Source: Nemertoderma westbladi (taxonomy: Eukaryota > Animalia > Xenacoelomorpha). From it: 38,919 nt of DNA. Both the position numbers and the translations under genes were made by a program. Location of the stretch: positions 1 through 38,919 of the forward strand of contig JAUCBJ010001822.1 in assembly GCA_032718475.1 (NCBI GenBank). Reading direction: 5' to 3'. The notes beneath the pieces are model-generated. The model saw nothing but the letters and a program-made list of their open reading frames with translations, ran no database searches and was not told the origin of the DNA. Below are positions 25,754 through 37,211 of this stretch, piece by piece; within the stretch, counting starts at the first letter, position 1, and every line of letters starts with the position of its first letter.

Positions 25754-26608
25754 CTAAATAAATCAATTTATTAAATACTTAATTTCATCCCATAGTTATT
25801 GATATCTATACAGCCTAATGACAGAAAAAGTGTTAGATATATGGAAGTTGGCGGTATAAGGAATTTTTTACATCGCAAGATTCTTAAGAAATATTATTAT
25901 ATTGTAGGGTGGTTTGAATAAAAACAAGTAAACACTTGTAAGTGAACACTTCTATGAAAAGTGAAGTAGAGAAGTGAAGAGTGAAGTGATGAGTGAACTC
26001 TTAAAATTCGCTTGAATAAAGAAAACCTTCACTTTCACTTATACTTCACTCTTCACTTCAGCCAATCATCGGTAATTATAAATGTATTGCTTTGTTAATT
26101 GGTTGGATTCGAACTTGTTAAAATTTCGGTCATTTTAATTGAAAATTCTAGAACAAAGTCGGTTTTCAAAAATGTCGGTAATTTTAATTAAAGATTCTAG
26201 AACAACAGCAGTTTTTTACATTTATTAATGTTGTAGAACATCACGCGGACAAGAAAATGTATTTAATTTTGATGCATGGTATAGCTAGTATTTTGGGATT
26301 AGCTAGTGATTTAAAAAATGTTAATTATTTTACAAATCTTGGTTGTTGAAAAATGTTCCAAAACACTTTCTAGATTGGGGAAAATCAATCTTTCCACGGT
26401 AGCCAGTATTTTAAGACATATTTTTATATTGTAATCTTTTCCCGATGTATCCAAATCGTACATAATAATTTGAGTTTGTATCATTCAGTATAAAATATTC
26501 GTTTTTCAATAAATTAAAATATGCCTAAAAGACAGAAAGTAACCTTATTTTTAATAAGTTATTGTACTTAAAAGGTGGACTCTGAGATATTATCCTTCAA
26601 ACATTAGG

Positions 26609-26680
26609 TCACAGACAGACAAACAAACAGACCGACCGACAGATACTTTGCTAACGCTAATTTATGAATTCGTCGCTCGC
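26609..26680. repeat. (GACA/GACC)n microsatellite-bearing repeat fragment in an intron
   Basis: acagacagacaaacaaacagaccgaccgacagatac. Confidence 0.45.
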
Positions 26681-26905
26681 ACCAGATAGGTCAGTAACCA
26701 GTAATAAAAACTACCAGTATAGCATTTAGAATAATATAATTAGCACAACGTAAAAAATAATCTGTGATATGTCGACCGTTTAGTAACAACGTTGTTGCTT
26801 ACTGGAAAAACAAATTCTAATAAAAAATATAGTTCGTTCTTTAAAATTACATTAAACTTATAAATTACGATCCAAAGTGAAACGTTAAGTGATGGTCTTA
26901 CTTAC

Positions 26906-27066
26906 GTTATAGTAATTGCACCTAGAGCAGCAAAATTGGTATCCTTGACAACTGCTTTAGAATCACCCCAATACGTAGCGCTAATCCAAAAGTATTGGGT
27001 GCCAGTTAATGAGGCCTCTTTGAGAATAGCTTGAGTTTCTTTTTCGTTGGTCAGCAGGACAACAGC
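26906..27066 (-). CDS. Internal exon of the mGluR-like Venus-flytrap gene (not in the ORF track)
   Basis: tctgtag|GCT...ATA AC|gtaagt, 161 nt, encoding AVVLLTNEKETQAILKEASLTGTQYFWISATYWGDSKAVVKDTNFAALGAITI. This matches mGluR VVVLF...FxWIxSxxWG...AxGAITI. Its phase-2 end joins in frame (AC+G) to the exon starting at 25753. Confidence 0.85.
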
Positions 27067-27106
27067 CTACAGATATATTACAATTGTATTAACTTATTGA
27101 ATTGAT

Positions 27107-27306
27107 TTTGGCTCCCCTACCGTACTCCCAACTCACCATGGCTCCCCTACCGTGCTCCACACTCACCATGGCTCCCTACAGTGCTCCCAACTCACCTTAG
27201 CTCCCCTATAGTACTCCCAACTCACCAAGGCCCCCTATAGTGCTCCCAACTTACCTTAGCTCCCTTAGAGTGCTCCCCACTCACCTTGGCTCCCTACCGT
27301 GCTCCC
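27107..27306. repeat. Minisatellite (~29-30-bp unit ctccccactcaccttggctcccctaccgtg), left remnant
   Basis: Same unit as 33646-34676; the array is split by the Gypsy insertion. Confidence 0.9.
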
Positions 27307-28093
27307 TATAAAAGTACATAAATTAATTTATAATCCACAGAAAAGGCCTGACTTTATTAACCTAATAGGTGATACAGTGTACTGCACTACAAGGACAAAT
27401 TACTACTAGGATCGGCATGCTGCATTGCAGCTGCATTTTTAAGGATGCTGTGCCGGCTTATCGACAAAATTGCACCGCCACAACTCCCTATCACCCATGA
27501 CATTTGCTAGATCATCCGCATCTTCAAGGCCAGTGTCCTTTAAGATGCGTCTCAAGAAAGTCATGGGCTGTCCACCATGCTTATTCACTCCAAGAGGCTG
27601 CCAAAGTACAAGATTATGCACTGGCTGGTCCTCACGGCAAAAGCAATGTCCTGCAAAGCGGAGGCGATTTTGTTCTAGTGTCAAGCTTGGGGGAACCAAT
27701 GAGACACCTCCAATGTTATATAGTGTCTGGTTGGAGATGTGTGCATTGTACTTGACACAATGAACCCGGCGTAGCATTCTTGTGAATGTGCCATCCAGAG
27801 ATTTGGTGTCCTTAGCAGTTAGAGCCCAGCATGGGCTTCCATAGAGGAGTACTGGAACTACTGCTGCTCTAAATAATCGGACCTTAAGTTTCCGATTAAT
27901 TCTCGGTGACTTCCAAATCCTGGAAAGCCTATTCAAGGCTGCCGGACAAATACTCTAGTCCCTTCACCGGCCGCTAGTTTTTCTAAAGTCTGACTGTTAC
28001 GTGTTTAATAGGTGATACAGTGTACTGCACTACACGGACAAATACTCTAGTCCCTTCACCGGTTGCTAGTTTTTCTAAAGTCTGACTGTTACA
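27307..28093 (-). repeat. 3' LTR, interrupted by a LINE at 27401-27943
   Basis: Matches 33410-33645 after removing the insertion; contains an internal ~90-bp tandem duplication. Confidence 0.9.
27401..27943 (-). mobile_element. 5'-truncated RTE-like LINE, copy 1
   Basis: NRLSRIWKS...KLKVRLFRAAVVPVLLYGSPCWAL...RLRFAGHCF; (TAG)n tail; TSD GGACAAAT at 27393-27400 and 27944-27951. Confidence 0.9.
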
Positions 28094-30989
28094 TTAGCTT
28101 TCCTCCAGTCTATTTCCATGCCTTCTCCCGTGTTGTGGTCCTAATTGAGTAGAGTCGAACCAATTTGGCTTTCTTCTATTTCTCCTTGTTGGTGCTGTTA
28201 TTGTGATCCACTGCCCTTCCTGACTATTTTCTGGCATCTCCCCGGCCGATCCTTCTTTATCTGTGATATCTGACTGTCCCATACCACTCCCGATGCCGAC
28301 ATCTACATGACATCCCTCTTCCGACTTCAGATCAATGTAATCATCGTCTGTATCTGAGCTGTCTACCCTTTCGAGCTTGTTGCTGTGCTTAATGAGATGT
28401 TCTGGACGTTTATGAAGTAGTTTGCACTTCGCCATATTCCGCTTTCTTATTTTTGTTCTGCGCTCTGCTATGATCTGAGTTCCCTTGATCTCTGTTACCT
28501 TATAAGGCTTGGGGTCGAACGGTGGTTTCACGGTGCTTTTTTCTTGCTTGATTAGGACTTCCGCGCCTGGCGTGATTGGCTGTACCCTGGCTCTTCTTCT
28601 CTTATCCCTTCCTACCTTCCTTGCAGCCCTTGTCTGTCTGTCCCTTTCCTTGGCCTCGATATGTGTTTGGTCTCGAGATGGTTTAATTAGAGTTGGAATT
28701 CTTGTTCGGATCTTCCGGTCCATGATGAGCTCACTAGGTGACTTACCAGTACTGGGATGTGGTGTATTACGGTAGTTCAGCAATCGCCTCCTCACCTCTG
28801 CTTTAGGGTCTTTCCCCTCCGCTATCGCAGTGTGTGTAGTAGCACAGCCATAAATCGCTCTGCCACCCCATTCTCATGCGTTATAGTTTCTGGGACACCT
28901 AACACACTGAAGCTTCTATCTAAGACAGGTTTTAGCTACTCGAAGCTGGTGCTGTTAACAATCTCCACCTCTGGCCACCGTGAGTATAGATCAATGATCA
29001 CATGGAAATAGTATTTCCCACCAATTGGTCCCTTGAAATCTGCTGCACAATCGACCCATGGGCCCTCTGGCGTTTCCCTTTCAATCATGGGGGGTGGACT
29101 GTTTCTGCCAACTGCCACCATACAGGCCACACAGCTCTCCACATATGACTTGACATCTCCTGTGAGTCCTGGCCACCAGACTGATTGTCTGAGCTGCCTC
29201 AGCATAGAGTCTCTCCCTGGGTGGCCTTCATGTGCTGCTCCTAACACGTCTGGTCGAAGTTTGCTTGGTATGAGAAGTCTATCTCCCCTTAGAATGACCC
29301 CATCATTTATGCCCAGTTCGGTAAAACATTCTTGGTACCCCTCTCTGCACAATTCGGGCCTCAGTTTACCTTTCTGTATGTCCTCTATCAGGTGCTGGAA
29401 GACCGCATCTTTCCTGGTGTAGCACCGTAGGATTGGTAATGTAACTGCATCCAACATTGATTACACTCTGTTTACAATAATCTCGGAATCCTCTTCCTCG
29501 TCTTTGATCCCCAATGTTGCCCTTTCTGTAACACTGTACTGTTTCCTTGGTGGAGGATTCCTGGAGCCATAATCTGCTGGGATGGTCGTTCCAGGCTCAT
29601 ATACTACATCGAAGTCAAAACCCCTTAGACTTGTGCATAGCTACCCTTATAGGCAGTGAGCGGGAGTGGGATCTATACATTGGAATCAATGGTTCGTGGT
29701 CCACCACTACTGTAAACTTGGTACCGTATAGGTACATCCTGTTGGCAAGAACTCCACTTAGAATACCCAGTGAATCTCCGTCCACCTTACCATAGTTCAT
29801 CTCTGCTGCCGTCTTGGCTCTGCTGTTGTGGGTAACTGGACGTCACACTGAATGGTCCTACCCTGGAACCTCATACTTCTGTGCCACTGTAGCAGCCACT
29901 CCAGCGGGTCCCTCATCCACATATAGTCTGGTTGGCCTGTTAGGGTCATAGTTAGCCAGCACCCTGTCGGAGGTCAGAAGACCCTTCAATTCCTCAAAGC
30001 TTGCCTCACACTCGCTGGTCCACTCAAACTTAATTTTATTGGCGGTAAGGCGTCGCAGTGGTTTAGTCACATCCGAATAAGTTCTTCCAGTATTGCCTGA
30101 CTCTGGACGCATGAATACTTGACAAAACTGCACGGTTTGGAGGAATGACTTGACACCAGCCTTGTCCCTTGGTCTCGACCAAGCACTGATGGTCTCAACC
30201 TTCCCTGGGTCAGCCGACATCCCTTGCCTCGAATAAATATTACCAAACCACTTCAACTGGGCGACCCCGAACTGGGACTTCTCCTTCCTTAATGTAAGTC
30301 CGTATTGTTCAAGTCTTTGCAACAGAGCCTCTAGCCTTATATCGTGCTGCTTCCCGGTGCCATGTACTACCACATTGTCCTTGATTTGCTGGATCCCTTC
30401 CAGCCCCTCTACAATGAGCCTGATTCTCTCATGACACTCACTGCTGGCGCTTGATATACCCATCACCAGTGTATTGAAACGGTGTAAGGCCCAGGATGTA
30501 TAAAATACAATCAGCTCTTTACTCTCCTCATCCATTTCGAACTGATGGAAGGCATGATTGAGGTCGACTACTGTGAATCGATCTGACCCAAGAAAGTTGT
30601 GACGAAGTTCCTGCGGTGTAGGGATTGGAAAATGCGAAGTTTTAACTGCATTCGCCATGGGTCGTGTATCTAAATTGACTCTAATCTTCTTGTCAGTCCA
30701 GCTCTTATGCGTGATTACCACATTGCTGATCCATCCACGTGCTGAGCTAGATGGAAGTGGACCACTCACCACTCCTTCCCTCTTCAACTCTGCTATATGT
30801 TCTCTGAAAAGTTCCTTGTACTGCAGAGCAATCGGTCGCTGTTTCTGCTGCACTGGCTTGATAGTGTGGTCGACCTCTATGTGTACTGCCTCTACTTTAG
30901 CTCGTCCTACTCCGTGGAATAATGCCTCATGTTTAGCAAGTATCTCACTCATCCTGTAGTCTATTTGAGCCTCCGTCTGATCCCCCGAT

Positions 30990-31956
30990 CCACAGGCAGG
31001 TTTTGACTTCGATGTAGTATATGAGCCTGGAACGACCATCCCAGCAGATTATGGCTCCAGGAATCCTCCACCAAGAATCCTCCACCAGAAGTCGAGGAAA
31101 TCCTGCCAAGTACCTAACTGATCTAGACTTTGCTGATGACTTAGGAGTACTCTCAGAATCATTAGAGGGAGCCCAATGGCTCCTCAGCTCATTAGAACAT
31201 GCTGCTTCTAGTGTTGGTCTTTTTATTAACTCCAGAAAGACCAAAATTCTGACAGTTAACTTTGAAAGTCCTCAGCAAGTCTCTGATCGGATGAGCATAA
31301 GCTCAAAGGATGGTATGCTTGAGCATGTGGACGACTTCTGTTACCTGGGATCATGGATCCGGAAGTCAGGTGAGGACCTTCGAATACGTAAGGGAAAGGC
31401 ATGGGCAGCCTTGAATAGGCTTTCCAGGATTTGGAAGTCACCGAGAATTAATCGGAAACTTAAGGTCCGATTATTTAGAGCAGCAGTAGTTCCAGTACTC
31501 CTCTACGGGAGTCCATGCTGGGCTCTATCTGCTGAGGACACCAAATCTCTGAATGGCACATTCACAAGAATGCTACGCCGGGTTCATTGTGTCAAGTACA
31601 ATGCACACATCTCCAACCAGACACTATATAACATTGGAGGTGTCTCATTGGTTCCCCCAAGCTTGACACTAGAACAAAATCGCCTCTGCTTTGCAGGACA
31701 TTGCTTTCGCCATGAGGACCAGCCAGTGCATAATCTTGTACTTTAGCAAACTCATGGAGTGAATAAGCATGGTGGACAGCCCATGACTTTCTTGAGACGC
31801 ATCTTAAAGGACACTGGCCTTAAAGATGTGGATGATCTAGCAAATGTCATGGGTGATAGGGAGTTGTGGTGGTGCAATTTTGTTGACAAGCCGGCACAGC
31901 ATTCTTAAAAATGCAGCTGCAATGCAGCATGCCGATCCTAGTAGTAGTAGTAGTAG
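30990..31956 (+). mobile_element. 5'-truncated RTE-like LINE, copy 2
   Basis: LTDLDFADDL...GLFINSRKTK...FCYLGS RT motifs; (TAG)6 tail; TSD TGATCCCCYGAT at 30978-30989 and 31957-31968. Removing it restores Gypsy pol ...GIVSGD|QTEAQ... Confidence 0.92.
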
Positions 31957-33399
31957 TGATCCCCTGATACTATTCCTAATGGAATTGGCTCTTTTAGGTC
32001 CATGCGGAGTCGTCCTACCCCTTCTGACCTACTTTGACCCTCTGGAGTAAAATTGAGTATTCTGAGCGCCTCACTATCTCGTAGTCCCAACAGCGATTGT
32101 GTTTCCCCAGCAACCACATACACTATGGTGATCCTCTCCGCCCCACTCTTGGCTGTCAGCTGGCATTTAGTGCAGTCCAGGATGGGCATCTTCATATTGG
32201 TGCCAAAGGGGGAGAAATTGGTATAGTTTTTCTTAAGTTTAATCCTGGGATCACCCTTTGAGTGTTTCACCTTAGCCCAGTCTGTCTCACTCAGTAGTGT
32301 TTTATTAATACCACTATCTATGAGAAGATCTAGTTTAACTTGCTGCAAGGACCTGCGGTTAGGCAAATCTCCTCTCGTTTGCTGAGGTCTCCTTTTACAG
32401 CCCACACCCAGTCTGTATACCCCTCGGACACCTGCCCTACCGACTCACTGTCAGTATAACTCTCCAGCTCCTCACCAGGGCTCGAGCCCTCTCTTTCTTC
32501 GCACTAAACTTCCCCTTCTTGTTCTGGGACCTGCAGAGTACCTAAAATGCCCCATGGTCCCACACGCAAAACACTCTACCTTCTTACCAGGGCAGCGTCC
32601 TTCCTCGTGTGTGGGTTGAGTACAAGTGCAGCATGTACTCCTCTTTTGGCTTTCTACTTTTGGTTTACCCGATTTCCCCGATTTAGCCTGTAACGCCCCC
32701 ACTTGCTCCTCTAATGCTGCTACCCAATTATCCTCCTTCTTCGCAGAGTTTCCCCGGATCTGTTTCACCTTTAACGCTCCTTAATCGAGCGCCAAATCAA
32801 ACTTCACTGTGTCATCAAATGAGAGATCCTTGGAGATCATCTTCCTCTGTAGTTTTCTATCATCCGTTTGGAATAAAATGGCGTCCCTCGCCGCCATTTT
32901 TTAATCATATCCCGCCCAAACGCTGCAGTCTGCCTGCTCCTTAACCTTGGGAAACCACTCTGCAAAATGGTTACCCCGCTGCGGCATCTGCTGGAACAGT
33001 TTATAGCGAGCTGTCGCCTGATTGGTCTGTCATTTAATACCGGACTCCACCTTTGTAATCGCTTCATCGAATGTGTCGCCCTCTTCTACATATCCGACGT
33101 ATTCGAATACGTTTTTCATTTCATCGCGTCCGACCAATCGCATCGTCGCCTTGGCTTTCTTGCATCCTACGCAGTCCACGTGGCCGTCGGCGTGAGCCCC
33201 ATCGGCCTCAGTGGCTGTAAGGAACTCCCTGAAGTTCGTGATATATTTGGTGAAGTCCTGGTACAACTGTTTCGGATTACCCTGTTTCTTTAGAACGAAA
33301 GGAGCCGGCTTAAGCATTAACATCATCTCAGCCATTGCGTGAAATCTCGAAGTCAGGCCTTGTTCGGTAACGAGGCTTTAGTTTGTGGACCAGATCCAA

Positions 33400-33409
33400 C
33401 TCGTCGCCA
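33400..33409 (-). promoter_or_regulatory. Primer-binding site TGGCGACGAG of the Gypsy element (likely tRNA-Ser)
   Basis: Directly abuts the 5' LTR; complementary to a tRNA 3' end ...CTCGTCGCCA. Confidence 0.75.
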
Positions 33410-33645
33410 TATTAAAGTACATAAATGAATTTATAATCCACACAAAAGGCCTGACTTTATTAACCTAATAGGTGATACAGTGTACTGCAATACACGGACA
33501 AATACTCTAGTCCCTTCACCTGTCGCTAGTTTTTCTAAAGTGTGACTGTTACGTTTTTAATATGTGCTACAGTGTACTGCACTACACGGACAAATACTCT
33601 AGTCACTTCACCGGTCGCAAGTTTTTCTAAAGTCTGACTATTACA
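33410..33645 (-). repeat. 5' LTR (236 bp)
   Basis: Starts TGTAA, has an internal ~90-bp duplication and an AATAAA on the minus strand, and is followed by the PBS. Confidence 0.9.
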
Positions 33646-34676
33646 CTCCCCACTCACCTTACCTCCCCTATAGTGCTCCCCACTCACCGGTGCTCCTCTA
33701 CCACGCTCTCCACTGACCTTGGCTCCCCTATGGTGCTCCCCACTCACCATCGCTCCCCTACCACCACGCTCCCAATTCACCATGGCTCCCTTATCGTGCT
33801 CCCCACTCACCATGACTCCTCTACCACGCTCCCCACTCACCATGGATCCCCACTCAAATTGGTTCCCTACCGTCTCCCCACTCACCGTGGCTCCCCTGCC
33901 GTGCTCCCCACCACTCACCATGGCTCCTCTACCACGCTCCCCACTCACATTGACACCCCTACCGTCTCTCCACTCACCTTGGATCCCCTGCCATGCTCCC
34001 CACCACTCACCAGGGCTCCTCTACCATGCTCCCCACTCACCTTGGCTCCCCTGCCGTGCTCCGCACCACTCACCATAGCTCCTCTACCACGCTCCACACT
34101 CACATTGGGTCCCCTACCGTCTCCTCATTCACCTTGGCTCCCCTGCCGTGCTCCCCACCACTCACCATAGCTCCTCTACCGTGCTCCCCACTCATCTTGG
34201 CTCCCCTACAACCACGTTCCCCACTCACCTTGGCTCCCTTACCGTGCTCCCCACTACTCACCATGGCTCCTCTACCACGCTCCACACTCACCATGGCTCC
34301 CACTCACATTGGCTCCCCTACCGTCTCCCTACTCACCTTGGCTCTCCTGCCGTGCTCCCCACCACCCCCCATGGCTCCTCTACCACGCTCCCAACTCACA
34401 TTGGCTCCCCTACCGTCTCCCTACTCACCTTGGCTCCCCGCCATGCTCACCACCACTCACCGTGGCTCCCCTACCACGCTCCCCACTCACCATGGCTCCC
34501 ACTCACATTGGCTCCCCTACCGTCTCCCTACTCACCTTGGCTCCCCGCCATGCTCCCCACCACTCACCGTGGCTCCCCTACCACGCTCCCCACTCACCAT
34601 GGCTCCCACTCACATTGGCTCTCCCACCGTCTCCCCACTCACCTTGGCTCCCTACCATGCTCCCCACTCACCTTGG
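33646..34676. repeat. C-rich minisatellite, ~30-bp degenerate unit with higher-order structure
   Basis: Repeated ctccccactcacc[a/t]tggctcccctacc; explains the spurious Pro/His/Thr-rich ORFs in all frames. Confidence 0.92.
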
Positions 34677-34724
34677 CTTTTGTCTCAGAAACAAGCAGAT
34701 ACAAAAGTGTGATATGAGGGGGCC
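34672..34724 (-). CDS. Tentative upstream exon of the Venus-flytrap gene
   Basis: HITLLYLLVSETKAK|gtgagt (phase 0) would join AVVLL, resembling mGluR 'IIKRLLETPNARAVI'. The acceptor is weak (AAG), a TAA lies just upstream in frame, and the donor overlaps the minisatellite unit. Confidence 0.35.
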
Positions 34725-35230
34725 CTTATACTTGGAAATTGCCGTAATAAAATTTTTACAATATCTTAGAAACGACATCAACAATATTCTAGAATAAGAA
34801 CACTGCAGTTTTATGAATTATTTAAATTCTGACTATATATTTAACAAAAAGAAAGTAACATTTTTTGTCCAACTTTATGATCCGCAATTTTTAAGGAATA
34901 GTTAAAGCATATTTTTTCGAGGCCGAGGAAAAAATGCTTTTACTATTTCGAGGAAATGTGGAATAGAAGGAGAACAAAAAATACTCTATTTTTATAAAAG
35001 ATGTTGTTTTCTTTAAAATATTCACTTTTGAATTAGAAGTAACAAAAGTAACAAATTTATCGCAAATTTGAGGTTAATTCTTCACCATCGTGCAATTAAA
35101 CAATACTAGCTGCTATACCAGCTATATTTTGTGAGTTAAGATAATATTCCAGAACGTTAATCAAATAATCAAGCAAAAATTTGAATAAAATAAAAACTTT
35201 AACAAAAGATCCTACAACTAAACATTTTAA

Positions 35231-36067
35231 CACTTTGACTGTCTTTGACGCACCGGTGCGTCAAATGGTAGACAATATATTGTGTCATGACGCATATATC
35301 CGTCATTGATTCAAACTGTGATGTATAGGAAATGGTAGGTGATTTGTTAAAATTTCATGTGCCACCTTGTGAACGAACAGATCCCAAACTCATTTTTTGA
35401 CATCATCGATGACGCATATATGCGTCATATGACCACTGCACAATGTCTTAAAAAATATAAAAAATATTCCGAGATCCAGATTCGGAGGCAACTAGATAGC
35501 TTTGTAATTGTGCCAGAATATGAAATCTATAATAAAGTTTTGGTGAGTGTGAAACAGAAAACACCAGGCACAACCCAAAGGCTCTTCTCTCTTGGCTATT
35601 ACATGTAAAACAGGGATGTCGCCACACTAACTCCCAAGGGAGTACACTCCAAAACTACCCAATACGTTTTTACTCCCCACATAGAAGCCTGGTTTCCATT
35701 TTACTTCTGGCATTCATCACCAACCTTGCCTCAACCCAGCACCACCCTGCAGACACACCAACCATGCCTCCACCCAGCACCACCCTGCAGACACACCAAC
35801 CTTGCCTCCACCCAGCACCACCCTGCAGACACACCAACCTTGCCTCCACCCAGCACCACCCTGCAGACACACCAACCTTGCCTCAACCCAGCACCACCCT
35901 GCAGACAAACCAACCTTGCCTCCACCCAGCACCACCCTGCAGACACACCAACCTTGCCTCCACACTGCACCACCCTGCAGACACACCAACCTTGCCTCCA
36001 CCCAGCACCACCCTGCAGACACACCAGACAATAAATCCTGCACAATGTCAAAAAAACAGTCAAAGTG
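35231..36067. mobile_element. Non-autonomous piggyBac-like element (TTAA TSD)
   Basis: TTAA|CACTTTGACTGT...ACAGTCAAAGTG|TTAA; internal palindromes tgacgcaccggtgcgtca and atgacgcatatatgcgtcat. A paralogous empty site with one TTAA is at 10682-10685. Confidence 0.85.
35719..36025. repeat. 38-bp minisatellite, ~8 copies
   Basis: Unit accaaccttgcctccacccagcaccaccctgcagacac, nearly homogeneous, no spacers. Confidence 0.95.
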
Positions 36068-36187
36068 TTAATGCTAAATTTATTAATATTTACCATCGTA
36101 ATTACTGATCTAGAATAAATAATGCGAAATAAACAGAATAAACTTGGTTCGTTGACTGGACAAATATTGATACCGGTAGGCCTAATA

Positions 36188-36958
36188 CTTCGCCATGTCC
36201 ACACCTACCTGCCATTTTTTTACCTGTCAGTTTTTGTGTTTTTTTAATGATTTTTAGATATGAGTTAATGTTCTACAACATTAGTAGATATATATTTTAT
36301 GGAAGCTAGTGTTTTTTTACTAGCTAGTATTTTTTGAAATTTTAAAAATACGGTATTTTTTTTATTTTTGTTATTTGTTAAGTGTTAGTGAATATTTACA
36401 AGATATTATTTATTAAGTGATTTTTAGGGGATTTTTTTCACTAGCTAGTATTTTTTTTTAATTATAAAAAAAATGTGAAAACATTGATATTTCAGAATTA
36501 TGCCTAAACTATTGCAGATATTAATGATCAAATATATTGATGATATTATATCAGTTTAAGCTTCTATTAAAATTTGTTGCGTATTTTTTAAACATCTTGT
36601 GCAGTTTTCTGAATCAAAAACAAGACATAGGCCTATACATATAGGCAACATGTTAAAAGCATTAGTTTTAAACATTTTAAATAGGCCTACGTCATACTAG
36701 TACTAGCTAGTAAATAATTCACTAGCACCATAAAAATACTAGCTACCATAACTAATAATGTTAATAAAAAAAGTAAAATGTTTTATTTTCAAAAAATACA
36801 AGCCAATAAAAAAAACGCTAGCTACCATTAAAAATACCTACTAGGTTCTAGAACATTCACCATTATCAAAAAAAAACACTCAAAACCACAAAAAATGAAT
36901 GGTTAAAAATGATAGGGGGGTGGGGGGGGGGGGGGGGGGTGGTGTCGACATGGCGAAG
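36188..36958. mobile_element. TA-flanked MITE (Tc1/mariner-like target preference)
   Basis: TA|CTTCGCCATGTCCACACC ... GGTGTCGACATGGCGAAG|TA (17/18 TIR match), with AT-rich internal inverted tracts. Confidence 0.75.
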
Positions 36959-37211
36959 TACCAAATATTTTATTATCCGCATTTTTGGAACTTTGTTTGG
37001 ATAATTAGTTTATTGTACGCAAATACGGACATTAAAGTCTTTATTGTCCGCACTTTTGCGTACAATAAAAATAAATATTTTAAAGAAAATTATATTATTA
37101 TAAACTACAGAATTTATGTTAATATAGTAGTAACTACAGGATATGTAACATTCCTACGTACAATGTAACATTAACATTGAAATAAAACTGAAACAAATAA
37201 TAGAGTAAATA

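Larger units (their letters stand above)
27307..33645 (-). mobile_element. Full-length but decayed Ty3/Gypsy (Mag-like) LTR retrotransposon
   Basis: LTRs 33410-33645 and 27307-28093 start TGTAA; TSD CTCCC at 27302-27306 and 33646-33650. Gag from 33335 with knuckle CFACGTMGH; protease LLIDSG; RT DLNHAFHQ...QIKDN; RNase H LYVDEGP; integrase HEGHPG...CVAC...ADFKGP. Order PR-RT-RH-IN; multiple frameshifts and stops. Confidence 0.93.

Noticed and set aside
33535-34797. Long Pro/His/Thr-rich and Gly-rich ORFs in several frames
   Set aside because: Artefacts of a stop-poor minisatellite; open in multiple frames on both strands.
35670-36204. Repetitive Cys/Trp-rich ORFs
   Set aside because: Translations of the 38-bp tandem repeat inside a MITE.
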